Part shown: positions 24,511-37,019 of the stretch, piece after piece
How the letters are laid out: each line of letters begins with the position of its first letter
How positions within the stretch are numbered: the first letter of the stretch is position 1
Source: Podarcis gaigeae
Lineage: Eukaryota
NCBI GenBank assembly: GCA_964106915.2
Contig: OZ066915.1
Strand: one strand, 5' to 3'
Length of the DNA stretch: 64,000 nt
Notes under the pieces: model-generated
What the model was told of the DNA's origin: nothing
The model's database searches: none
Seen by the model: the letters and a program-made list of their open reading frames with translations, nothing else
Translations under genes and position numbers: made by a program

Positions 24511-24917
24511 CACAATATGATAAATAATGATTTACAGCTGCTGTGGAGTAATGGAGATAAAGGGAGAGGGGCATTGGAGGTCTGTTTTGGCAAATTAGAC
24601 AGTAACCATCCTTGTCCATGGTTTGGACACCTCTTCTTCTTCCCTTCCTCCTTCTCTTTTTAGGACAGATTCCCCAAAGGATGAGTGGAAACCCTCTGGC
24701 ATGGTGTCAGGGTCCTGTAGGGCCAGGCCTGAAAGTGGTCAGATGTGAGTCCACGTCTGGCTGAAATCAAGGTCTGAAGCAACAGACAGAGATCATAGGG
24801 GACAGAATCAAGTATGCCACCGAGGTTGGGCAGACCGTAGCATTCCAAAGGGCAGCAGGAAGTGAGTCTGTTTTGCTTGGTTCCTCAGTTTCTGTAAAGT
24901 CACCCAGGCTTTAGGTA

Positions 24918-25092
24918 GGGAAAGGATCGTAGCTCAATGGCTGAGCTCATAGTTTGCATCCAGAAGCTTCTAGTTTTGACTCCAAAGCATCTGAAGGTAG
25001 AGCTGTGAAACCCTGAAGAACCTCCACAAGTCTGTGTAGACTGTCCTGTGCGGTTCAATGCTCTGTTTTGGTTTAGGACAGCTTCCCATGTT
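24918..25092 (+). mobile_element. Degenerate tRNA-derived squamate SINE (Squam2-like)
   Basis: GTAGCTCAATGG A-box-like head, TGAAACCCTG..GTCTGTGTAGAC body, CAGCTTCCCATGTT tail. The family name is from memory. Confidence 0.55.
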
Positions 25093-25263
25093 TGCCACTA
25101 TTGGCTCCACAGATCACCTGGTCTGGCTGCACTGATGAGCTGCAGTACCCCTCTCTGGCCATTTATCTGTATGGCACTGCAGTACACAGCAAAGATCAGA
25201 CCAATAGCTCTCTTAGCTTGAGAGCTGCCCTTGTTCTAGTGCAGGAAGTAAGTCTCCTGTGCT

Positions 25264-25390
25264 TCATAGAATCTTAGAGCTGGAAGGGGCCCCAAGGGTC
25301 ATCTAGTCCAACCCCCTGAAACGCAGAAATCTCAGCCAAAGCATCCATGACAGCTGGCCACCCAACCTCTCTTTAAAAACCTCCAAGGAA
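25264..25390 (-). mobile_element. CR1 LINE 3' end
   Basis: TCATAGAATCTTAGAGCTGGAAGGG...GGTCATCTAGTCCAACCCCCTG is the reverse complement of the tail on the tRNA-Lys SINEs, but continues into LINE-like rather than tRNA sequence. Confidence 0.8.
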
Positions 25391-28300
25391 GCCTTGCTGC
25401 TACAGTTTCTGGTTTGAGCCCCCTGGTGCCTTAAGGATGGTAAATAAGAGCTTTGTACATAGTTCTTGAGGGACGTGTGCACATGCCAGGAGGGAAAACC
25501 TAATGAGTGGTTCCCAAACAGAAACTAACCTCTGATTGTGGTTCCTTTCAGCAGTTGAAGCTGCTGACGGTAATGCTTTTGCTGCTTTGTAGTCTGTGGA
25601 ATTTTAAAGCCCTTAAGGATGCTGAAACAAATGCATTTTGGCTCTAAGTACAGATCTTATGATCGGTCTCCTCTGCTATTTTATTCCCCCCCTTTTTTCT
25701 TTTTTTCTGTGTTATATGTGCTATAATGTAAACTTGCAAGCAGTGTGGCTTCTAAAAATAATTTTCCAAAGTGCCTAGCTGTTTTAGGTGTGTGTGAATA
25801 ATAATAGCGAATAATAACAGGGATATGGTTTTAGAGTAAAAGTGGAAGGAGGAGGGGAGGAGTATTCCAGTCTTGGGGCTGGGGAGTGTTGGAAAGAGAG
25901 AAACCCAGCAAAATTATAAGGCTTGGATGTTTTCAAGATTAAGCCTCAGAGAAGCAGCATATCTTAATAGCATTTGTTGTGGTTTCCTTGCACCTAGGGA
26001 TAATTTAATCTGAAATCCAGGGAGAGCGGGAGGGAGGGGGAGCAGTAGCCTTCTTCCCCCACCCTCCCTCTATGGCACCTCTGCTGCCACAATCCTAGAA
26101 GCTTCCCAGCCTTTGCTGTGGACTGAGGCATTGCCACTTCTCCTCTCTCTTATGAGTGTTCATGCTTCTGCATTCAGAGGCAGGTGCATTTCAAGGAACG
26201 ACGTCCGGAGCTGGGTGCAAGGGCTTTCGGCATGAACCAGCGGCTTGATGAGGGTCTCTGCCTTGTTTAGATGTTCCAGCAGAAGGAGGAGTGTGAAATT
26301 GAGTTACTTTCTCTCTCTTTCTCCGTCCTCTTATAAATTACAGGTGCGGCAGGGGCATGGGGCTGCGTTCTAGGAGCAGGTGGTTCAGCTGCACCCACCT
26401 GGAGTAGTTTGTGCACAGGCATCCATCCCAGGCAGCCCCTCCTTCTCCGAGTTCTGAGGGAAACAGCTAACAGCTGCCTGACAAAGTAAAGGGTTTGCTG
26501 TCAAGAGTGCTGGGCTCGCAAATCTGATTTTGGCTTCAAACTAATTCAATTTTGGTGGAAAATGATGAAATCGTTACACTGCTGCCTGCTGGGTCACATA
26601 ACTGCTGACTCAGGGGAGGGAGGAGGCTTTCTCTGCTCTCTTGTTTCCCCTCCCCTCATTTTCTCCATCTTTCTTGGCTTGCAGTGCAGGTTTGGGGAGC
26701 CAAGTGTAGCTCAGATCAGCTGCCATTCCCCCGAGGTCTGCCCTGAGCAAAGTAAGCGGGAGGCAGAAACAAAGAATGCAAAACAAGGAATGTGACTGTG
26801 AATGTATGAAGGCAAGAGACAGTTAAGGGCATCATGTGAGCAGGAAAGAAGACAGCTGCTTTTCGCCACTCACATTCTGGTGTTGGGGAGATTTCGCTGT
26901 TCCAGAAAGTCCCTGACTTTCACCAAGGGTCGGTGATGTTGGACCCTGGCTGCCAGGAATTCCCCCTCCGCAAAGAGTTCTTGCCAGTCCCTTGGTTCAA
27001 ACTTTGCTAGAAACAGGAAAGCCTGAAAGACCTTACTTCCCGACAGATTCTGGTTCCCCGTCTGATTTATGCAGGAAGTCCTGCTCTTCCACATTGAATT
27101 GCTTGGCCATGGAAGGGAAGAGGACGCTTCTGAGCATGTGGCTGTAGTCTTGGGACCACCAGAACCAAAGGAATCGTCTCCATTCCCCCTACCTTCCAAA
27201 AGGCAGAGCAGGTGGAAGTGTTGTGTGATTGGCAATCTTGCACAATCTTGAAACGAAACCACTGGTTCGCTCCATGTTTGGAGATCTCAAACCTTCTCAA
27301 AAAGCACACAGTATGCGTACATGCACAGCTTTAGCAAGGGGTGGGGCTTATGTGAGGGATTTGGTCCAGAGGCAAAGAACTATTCCCAATGCTGCTTGTG
27401 CTATTAGTATTTTATAAGCTCTGCAGAGTTGTTGCTTGCTTGGGAGGGAAATACTGCTGATCAGTGACTCATTCGTTGGTGGTTTCCACTGAATTTGACC
27501 TGGGCCACTGCCCCAGTCTTCTGCTCATTAGAATTGCATTGTATTACTGGGGTGAGATCAAGGGCAGGACTATCCAGGCTTTTAAATAGCATATTATATA
27601 GTAGATGTCCGTGAAGCTTCTGCAACCACAGCAGTAATGAAGATAGTATTTGGAAGTGTGGGAATCTCATGTTCCCATATATAAAATATTGCATTTTTAT
27701 GTGCTCGGCAAAAATGCAATATCCCTGCAATAAAGAACGTTTCCTCTGCTAAGCAAATGAGAAACAAATATGTCCATTTATGCTGCAGAAACTGATTGCA
27801 TGGAAAGGCCTTTAATCTCATGACAGTCAGAAAAGTGAGGAGCGGGAGAGGGGAGGAAGGACTGAAAATGAACTTCATCCACTTGCTTTGAGCCCTGTCA
27901 TATGGCTTTATAAAGATCCTTTTTCATCAGCTCTACAGGCTTTCCTCCCAAAGGAAGGCTTGTGTTTTATTGATGGCAATTGATTCAGCATGACTGAGCA
28001 AGCAAGGGTGAGAATGTGGGCAAGACAACAGGGCTTTTGGATTCATGGCCTGTTCTGTTGCAAAGAGTTATTCACATTTCTGGGGCATGGGCACAGTCTA
28101 GTGTCATTTTATGTATCAGAGCTGGTGGTTCACAGAATATTATTTCTTCTCCTTCCTCTTCTTCACACTCCTCAGGCACACATTTTACATGGACAAAGCA
28201 GTGTGTGAGCTTGGCAGTTGTCGATACAGGCTGCAGCAAATCCCTTGATTGCAGCTAGTGATGTTACCCAGCTTTGCAATTACCTGCTTTGGAATGTGAA

Positions 28301-29390
28301 TTTCCCCCGTAATGCTTGCACTTATTATAACTCGAACTCCATTTCCTTGAGAATCTCTTCTCCAGTCCAAAATGTATAACGTGACTTTGCATGTGTACAG
28401 AGTGTGCTCTTGTTTTGAGTCCAAGCCCTGGACACTAATCTCAGCTCATACAGACCTAAGCAAGCACTTGTGATGAATATTTTTTTAAGGTTCCAAGGAA
28501 CTGTAGGAGCAACCCCCAAAAAACTTTCTCTCCAAAGATCCGGCACCAAATAAAGACATGTTCAGGGATTGCACAGCACCCTTTCCCCTCAAGGCTCTGG
28601 AACCTCCTTGGGCTTCGCTGCAGTTTCCTGGAGCCTTAGAAATCACCCTCAAGGGGTGTTTGCATAGCTGTCATTAGTGTCTGTGTCTTGGACAAAAAAA
28701 TAAACGAGGGACAATTGAAAATGATAAGGCAGTATGATATGGTGCAGCCAGCATTATGAATCAATTTAGAACTCTTAAAAAACACGCCAACCATGATTTT
28801 TTTTCTAGTGTTCTCCAATGACGCTTGTAATTGCTGACCCAATTCTGCATCGAGCTGAGAGGAGTTCACCCATCACTAATACCAACAGCTGGAAAAAGCG
28901 CTGTTGCAATCACAGTATGTGCTGCTGGCCAGATATGTGCTGGCTAGATCCACACATTACATTTGTCCACACAAGGACATGTCTGAGAGGGACCAAGACT
29001 TCTTGCGCAAGAAAAAGTGAATTGTGTGAACCAGTCCATAGTCATCCACCAATGGCCTTGTTATAGCTTCTAGGATGCCTAATGCGTTGGTGCTTGGAGG
29101 TAATCTTGAACTGCTCAGAGCTGCCTTGGATCCAGGAGGAGAGGCTGCCAGGCTTGGCTGGGAGTTCAGGAGATGTTTGTACTTCTTCCCCCAATGCTGA
29201 GGAACTGAACACATTGGCTAGAGAACTCATTCCATCTTGTTTGTTTGTTTCTTTCCTTCACTGGCTTGGAACCAGGAATCCACTTGGAACCAGGAATGAA
29301 AATGTGACCCAGGCTGAGATGCTCTGTTGAACACTCTGAGTTGCCTTGTGGTTCTTTCTATCTTCTTCCTGTTCCACTGTGAATCCTGGT

Positions 29391-29702
29391 CAACAACAAC
29401 AACAGTACCCCACCCATCTGACTGGGTTGCCCTAGCCACTCTGGGCAGCTTCCAGTAGATATAAAAACAGAATAAAACATCAAACATTAAATCAAACATC
29501 AAACATTAAAAACCTTCAGATGTCTTCTATAAAAGTCAGATAGTTCTTTATCCCCTTGACATCTGATGGGAGAACATTCCACAGGGAGGGCACTTCTACC
29601 GAGAAGGCCCCTTGCCTGGTTTCCTGTAACTTCACTTCTCGCAGCAAGGGAACCACTAGAAGGCCCTCGGAGCTGGACCTTAGTGTCCAGACTGAATGAT
29701 GG
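29391..29702 (-). mobile_element. L2 LINE 3' fragment
   Basis: Encodes TLRSSSEGLLVVP...GAFSVEVPSLWNVLPSDVK; homologous to 19914-20138. Confidence 0.85.
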
Positions 29703-29851
29703 AGATTTCTGGGTGCCAAGTTGGCGACCACAGTTTAAAAACCTCTGTCTTAATCCATAGTTAATTCCATTTCCATCTCCCCTATGTGTGTTTCTCCTTC
29801 TTGCATACTAGGACAAGTGAATTGTTTTAAGAGCAAGCTACAGTCAAACAA

Positions 29852-30222
29852 GGGACGCAGGTGGCGCTGTGGGTAAAAGCCTCAGTGCCTAGGACTTGCC
29901 GATCGAAAGGTCGGCGGTTCGAATCCCTGCGGCGGGGTGCACTCTCGTCTTTCGGTCCCAGCGCCTGCCAACCTAGCAGTTCGAAAGCACCCCCGGGTGC
30001 AAGTAGATAAATAGGGACCGCTTACTAGCGGGAAGGTAAACGGCGTTTCCGTGTGCGGCTCTGGCTCTGGCTCTGGCCAGAGCAGCGATGTCACGCTGGC
30101 CACGTGACCCGGAAGTGTCTCCGGACAGCGCTGGCCCCCAGCCTCTTGAGTGAGATGGGCGCACCAACCCCAGAGTCTGGCAAGACTGGCCCGTACGGGC
30201 AGGGGTACCTTTACCTTTACCT
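29852..30222 (+). mobile_element. Young full-length Sauria SINE
   Basis: B box GGTTCGAATCC, CpG-rich body, (ACCTTT)n tail. Perfect 13-bp TSD TACAGTCAAACAA (29839-29851 / 30223-30235). Confidence 0.95.
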
Positions 30223-30245
30223 TACAGTCAAACAATGTAGTTGAG

Positions 30246-30294
30246 ATCACAGAATTGTAGAATTGTAGCGTTGGAAGGGTCATTTAGTTCAACC
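30246..30294 (-). mobile_element. CR1-type 3' tail stub
   Basis: ATCACAGAATTGTAGAATTGTAGCGTTGGAAGGGTCATTTAGTTCAACC. Confidence 0.6.
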
Positions 30295-30434
30295 TTCTGG
30301 CGAACAGACATGCTGTTGTGGTGGCTTAAGTTTAAGGTGCCATTTGGCACCTAGCTTATGTATCTAGTTTCTAACACTGGATATATCTAATGTGGAGGAT
30401 AGTCGTATCTCAAGTGAAAACAAATGCCATAAAC

Positions 30435-30623
30435 AGTGCACTGCCGCTGAGAATGCCGTCTCATGCCACCATCTTGCCTGCCGCAAGGGACACTCTGGAA
30501 GATCTTAGGGTGGCAGGGTGGCAGGCCTCGGGAAAGGCATTTGGCTAAGTACCTAGACCCCAGACTTTTTAGGAATTTTGTAGACTGAAGTCAACACCTT
30601 GAATCGGGCCTGGTAGCTTACCA
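30435..30623 (-). mobile_element. Old L2 ORF2 fragment
   Basis: CAACACCTTGAATCGGGCC reads ARFKVL on the minus strand (cf. the L2 'QFKVL' region), followed by a GLG.YL-like stretch. Confidence 0.55.
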
Positions 30624-33600
30624 GATGTGCAGTCTGCAATGAACACTATGTTGTGGGGTTGCAGTAAAAGTAATTTACTCCTTAACTGATTCCCTTTGAA
30701 ATCATTTTATTTTGCTTCTGGTATATTAAAGACTTGAATTTGAATCACGGCCTCCAAGAAATATTTAAGTTGAGGACTAAGGTCCTTACACTTCGCTATA
30801 AGATAATTTCCTTTCAGCCCTTCACAATTAAGTCCCAGCATAACATTTATAGTGAAGTGAAACAAGGGTGTTCATAGAGTTCTCTTTTCTGTTGAAGATG
30901 TCAGGAAGCCCGGAAATGAATGGCCCTAAGGGACAGCTGAATTACTAGCCACTTAATAAAGCTAAACGAATGAATATTGTCTTTCCTGTCCACTCCTTCA
31001 TTGCCCTCATAAGTGGGCTTGAAGTAAAGTAATGAATCAAGAAGACATCTACGTTTCACCCTGGCAAAGAGCTTTCTCGCTCTCTGTGTGAACTCGTGTG
31101 TCCTTCGGCCGAGTCTGGCCAAAAGGCAAGCAAATGCCCAGAGGAAAATAGTATTCTGCCAGCCAATAACAACTGGAAGCTAAGCCCCACTATTAATGGC
31201 AGATTCAGTGTGCACAGGCTCTCTGTGCCTATATAGTGAAAAAACAGGTACAGCTGGAGAATGTGATTTAGGTAGTTGTGAGGTTGGGCCTGCTGTGAAC
31301 CATGCCAATTTCCCTTCATTATTGGCAGGAGAATGAAGGCTCTTGTTAACCTGAGAGCTGGATGTCTGCTTCAGCAAGCAGTGTGGATGTAAGTGACCTT
31401 GTGCTTCAGAAGTGTACTATTGTCAGGAAGGAATTATCTGCCCTATATGATGTGGCTGGCTCTGATAGACCAGTATGAGAATTTCGTATTGCAGCCCATG
31501 CCCTTCTGCTCTCAGAAACCGCCCCAAATAAGTTTCCTTCCCACCAAATAGTCCGATTGGATCTGGCCTCTTATTGGTGTGGCACCTGCCTGTGCATCCC
31601 TAACGAGTCATTTTGCTGCTAACAAGCTAATTGCTGGCATAATTATTTATTGAGGTGGTGTCGGTGTAGCATGGCAGGCGGGTGGCAGGCACTCTTCCGC
31701 AGCCCGGGAATGCAGCTGTATTTGTCGCTTCCCAGAGAGTTTGTTGAGACAAAGCAGAGAAGAGTAAACACCATAAACATTTATGCTCTTGCATATTCAG
31801 CAGCAGATGAGGTTGAGGAAGCTGCAAATTGGAGTGGGGAGAGCAGTGTGGAACAAAGATTGCATTGGCTGAGAGGTGCTGCCAGAGCTTAAATACCTTC
31901 ATTGGTTATGCTCCAGCCCTCCTGGAAGTAGAATTTTTTTATAACCCCCTTTCTACCACCAAGCTATACATTCTAAGAGCTGAAGAAATTAAGACGTAAT
32001 GCACAGGCCTTGCAGGGCAAAGGTCACGTGACCAAGGTGAAAGGTCCATGGAATAATGATGGGGATGTCACATTCAAAAGTGTATTAGCTCTGTTATTAC
32101 TTAGTGTCTGTGCGTGGCTAAATTTTCAGAACTCTGTGGAGCACATGGGCTGAATATCATCCCTTGAGATTAATTCATTCCTATCCTGGGGCGCATTCAC
32201 CGCCCTGTGCTTCTCTTAGACTGCATATTTCACATTAAGATGTGACCCTGCATTAAACTATGCAGAACAATTAGGTATTTTTATGTATGCCTTTATTGCA
32301 TTCTGTCCTGGCTTTTAAGTTTTTTAAAATATTTGTCTTCTGAATGTCGGCAAATTAGAGCTGCGCATTTAAAAATTAATTAATGTGTATAAATAAACAA
32401 TTGGGCAGTGCCCTCTTCCTCCTCACCAAACCGGGAAAGGTGTCATTTCTGTCTGCAGCTAAAGTGGTCCCCTTCTGTCGACTTTGTGAATTATTTCTCA
32501 GGCCTAATTACTACTATTTATTATTTGCTGCTTCCTCATCACAAACCTCTGTTAAAATGAGCTGTGGGGAATCAGGAACAGCTGAGCAAGCAAAAGGAGT
32601 CACAGCTGTGAATTGGTTTTCTGGGTCTGAGTAGGCTTCCTCAGCTTCCCTGGATTTTTTTGAATTTTGTTTTTAGTTGCTTTCTCCATCACCCTGTTTA
32701 CTGAAGTGCAGAGGGTCAGGGGTTAGCTGTTATTGCCTTCAAAGGTGCGGGTCTGTGAGTGACTGTTGCAGTTCTGTGGCTGCCTGCTGAGGCCCTTTAA
32801 CTGCACAACTTGAGAGGAATTGTTCTATGCATGGCAGTACAAGGGTGGGAGGAAAACAACCCAGAGGAAAGCAAGCAGGGGTTTGGGCCTGAAAGACCAC
32901 ACATAACTGGATGGTTAAAAAGGCATCCCGGCTGGATACAAATAGGATGCGAAAATAAATGGTTTGTCTTCACAAAGTGTCCATTCTTGCCCCAAAGCTG
33001 TGTTTGTATTAGCACCAATTTTTGTTTACTTCTAATCCATTCCCTGCACTGCCAGCCTACAAATGCTCAGAAATCATGATTCCATTGCCAGGGATTTATA
33101 GTAGTAGTTAGATTTAACAGATACACAAGTGACCTTTTATTTATTTTGGTGCCATTTGGGAATATCACAGTAAGGTTTTGAGTGTATTTGTTTTCAGCAG
33201 GAAGGAGCCATGTGCTTGTTCCTTACAATTACTTTTTAGGAATGTTCTAATGATTAGATTATGAAGCTTGTGATATTTAAGCTTATGAGGAAGCCTAGGA
33301 ACATTTAGCCCTAAGAATCTGTGTTAAGTCTCTCTCTCCCTCCCCCCCCCCCATTATAGCTACTCCCTTATGTCCAGCTATTCATGACTGCCACAGCGAT
33401 TGAAAGGGTAAGAAGGAGGGAATCCGGTCTCTGTAGTTTCCCCTTGTTGATATTGTTGGGTCTCCTATTCTCTGCTTGGCTTCAGGCAAAGGTTTACACA
33501 AGCAGGCAGTCACGCAAGCTTCAGTAACGAGCATCTATTTGAAAGCTATGTGTCAGGCTTAAACTATCTGGAAAATTTCTGTCAGAAATAGAATTCTGCT

Positions 33601-35143
33601 TCTGTCGCCTCTCACATCCTGCCTAGATAGTACTTCTGATGTATTGTATTGTAAATCAGAGTTGGTATGAAAAAAATAGAGATGTGGGAAATTCTGTACC
33701 TGTGTCTAGGTTTCATCCAAAATTAAGCGATTGTAAACATACGCACATCATGCTCAAGTCCCACTAAAAGTGTGCATTGGGTTGCAGCCTATGTACCCTT
33801 GCCCTGGACTGGCTTTTAGGGACTGGTGCATGCTGATTATATCATTGGTGGGTACAGAACCGACAGGACAGTGCAAGCTGCAGCCTGTATGGTATGGGTT
33901 AGGCCTGGCTACAGATTGGCTACCCCACTTTTCTGCCCTGAATGTGCGGTTTGGCAGTGAGCACATATAAGAAAAGGGAAGGAGGTGCACTAGTGACAAA
34001 TGAGCTGAGACTTGTGCAGTGCACAGCTAAGTGACTTGCTATCCATATAGTGTACAATTTTGTCAAATATTTCTCAAAGCCAATTAATTCACCACCCTCA
34101 ATATGTGTTTTTTAGGAATGTGTGCACATATACAAGACCTAGATGTGATGCTCTTACTACATTGCTAACTAAAGCTGCACCCTTTGCACTTCCAGTTCAG
34201 CCTGCAAATTTAAGTGCACATGGATGCAATTCTCTGTTTGCTAGGAACTTGTGTACTTCTGAGTGCACCTGGGCCCTTTCTTTTAGCAGTGTTCTCTCGG
34301 CTTGGCTTGGCAGTTGTCCGTTCTGGGTGTGCAGTGAACCCACTGAAGATTGCTGGGAACTGTATCTCTTTCATTACCGTACTTCTGTATTCTGCTGGAA
34401 TTAGCAGAGCCCAGGGTTTTTTTGGTGTGCACCTTGTGGGTATTTCAACTCATACATTGCCATTCATGGTATTTGAGTACTTCAGTTTTTTCTCTCTTCG
34501 GTCTTCCTCTCTGTTTTCTCTGCATCCCCCAGACCCTGAAATTCATGGCCAGAGACTGCTGGACTAGAGGTTGTCATGGCAACAGCTCTCTTCCTGCTGA
34601 GGTGGAGATAGGAACAGATTTCATGGTTCAAGGAATTTCCCCATTCCTGACCCCTCCTTCCCTCCTTCCTTGTGGTGTTTTCTCCACATCTCCCTGTCAT
34701 CCTCTCTTAGTACCAAGCTGCTAGGCCCGCCTCAGAAGCCGACGGGAGCATACACACTGTGTGTTAACTGCAGACATTTTGCCATCCTTCTTGCCTTCTC
34801 CTTGTGCCATGATCTGTGACAGACTTAGGCTGGGGCATCTCACGGGATGCTTGCAAGGAAGATCTCATTCAAGGTATACTATATGAATGAAAAGGCTGAG
34901 GAGGAAAGAAGAGGACTTCTCCAGGCCCTAATCACTTGCGGTTTCCCTGCCTCCTTTTTTTTTTGAACCAAAATGTTGGTGAACCTCAGTTCTGGAGGCA
35001 GCTGTCAGCTTGGCAGACTAGGGTTCAGCTTAGGCAAAGGCAGAAAAATCTTGCCCAACGTGTTTGTCTTTTGGTCAGAAAGCAGTGTGTTTGGGCAACT
35101 TGGCCCTTTCAGGCCTTGTTTCCTCATTTCAAATGTGAAATAG

Positions 35144-35208
35144 GTTGTTTTAGGTTGATGTCTGTGAACTGCCCTGAGACCCCGGGTATACGGCGGTATA
35201 TGAATTCA

Positions 35209-35257
<49 letters not shown>
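35144..35257 (+). mobile_element. L2-type 3' tip with (AAT)15 tail
   Basis: TGTGAACTGCCCTGAGACCCCGGGTATACGGCGGTATATGAAT stem-loop terminus, then (AAT)n at 35212-35256. Confidence 0.65.
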
Positions 35258-35500
35258 TAGGCATACCTTGGAAAGCAAACCCCTTTGCACTCTTTGGCTC
35301 TCAAATGCCGCAAACTTGGAAGTGAGTGTTCCGGTTTGTGAATGTTCTTTGGAACCTGAATGTCTGGCGTGGCTTCCACGGCTTCTGATTGGCCGCAGGA
35401 CCTTCCTGCAGCAATTGGAAACTGTGCCTTGGTTTCCGAATGTTTTGGAATTCAAACGGGCTTCTGGAATGGATTCTGTTCGGCTTCCAAGGTATGACTG
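35258..35500. mobile_element. Tigger/pogo-like MITE
   Basis: TIRs TAGGCATACCTTGGAA / TTCCAAGGTATGACTG with TA flanks; (AAT)n resumes after the element. Confidence 0.8.
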
Positions 35501-36778
35501 TAATAATAATGTCCAAATGACAAATGGTATGGGGAGACTAGGATTCCACTTTACCTGGCCATCTACCAGCTGCTTGGGAGAGAACAATACAAGTTATTCT
35601 TAGTCTAAACTCCTACCGAGTTAGAATCACTTTCCTACAAACAAGACTGCACCAGTTTTTGGAAGTATCAGAATTGGTGATAAAGAAACACAGATTTTGT
35701 ACCTAGAAAAACTGATTCTGTGACCTGCATTAATTGTGCAGCTCTTCCTATATGTGCCTCTTTATTGCACAATTTATTCTGCTTATGAATTTTGAGAGAG
35801 TACTGGGGGCACCAGTCACAAGTTGGCTGCTATGGGAGTGGTGTGGCATAGCACAAAATGGTGGCCATGCAGAGCATGGAAAAACACAAAATTAGAGGCA
35901 GCCCCCCCAGCAGCTTGATTAAGACCATAGTTGAACTTTTTGACTATATTCAATCATATTGGATAATTGCTGAGAAGTGTTCTATTATTGGGCTAGCTGC
36001 TTAAGTGAGTCATGGTCCAGTTAGGCTTTTTTGGCATTATCCTCAGCTCCTTCAGACCCAGGACCCAGTTTTAACCCAAACATGCATTTGGAGACCTTTT
36101 TCTAAATCTTTTACCATACATTTGCATGATAGTAGAGCTCCAGTAGTGACCTACCTTGGATCAGGCTCCTGGCTCACTAGTTGAAGACCAGTGATCTAGA
36201 TCCATTTTGGCATGGATTTGGCAGATGATTTACTCCACCGGGGTAAATGTTGGCCTGCTGGTTCAGCTGGACTCCTCAGCAGATGCCATTGATGATTCCA
36301 GATTGCCAGGTGACCCCTGTCCTTCTTGAAATATAGTTTTTAGAAGGTAGTACCAGGAAATTTCCTACTCACACCCTGGTTCATGGCAACCCTCTTGGGC
36401 TGCTTGCAGTTCTGAGAAAGAGTTGTTTCTCAAATTGTTTGCAGTTTGAGAAAGCCCTTGGATCCTACTTTTGCTTCTGCATTCCCATGTGGTGGCCATC
36501 TTTGGAGGGCAGGTTTCTTTGTTCTGCTGTGCTCTTCTGCACTAGCTTCAAGCTTGTACTGCTGAGGGCTTTTTGAGAAATTCATGGGGCTTTGAATCCA
36601 AAGCTGCCAGTCCCCTGCCTCACAGTGCCCCATTCCGGGACTTTCTACTGTGATACATTCAGTGGGAGCTCACTGCCAACCTGGGCAAAGCTAAAGCCAT
36701 TGCTGTGGTGAAGCCCCCCTACCTGCCTCTCCCCCCTCCTGGCCATCTGGGCAGTGTTAATTGCACTCTTCCTGTATA

Positions 36779-37019
36779 CAGTGGTACCTTGGTTCTCAAA
36801 CGTAATCTGTTCCGGTAAACGGTTTGACTTCCAAAACGTTTGAAAACTGAGGCGCAAAGGGCTGGCTGCAAGTTCAATTGGAAAAACTGAAAAACACGCA
36901 GTGGAAGCCGTTCAACTACCGAGGCATGTTCAGAAACAGAAGCAATTACTTCTGGGTTTTTGGTGTTCGAAGACCAAAAAATTCGGCTTCTGAGATGCTC
37001 GTAAACAGAGGTACCACTG
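36779..37019. mobile_element. Tigger/pogo-like MITE
   Basis: TIRs CAGTGGTACCT / AGGTACCACTG with TA on both sides. Confidence 0.88.

Noticed and set aside
25125-25170. Hammerhead ribozyme core (CTGATGA at 25132)
   Set aside because: No stem II followed by GAAA. The minus-strand CTGATGA hits I checked (near 7336, 27923, 59198, 62834) also lack it.
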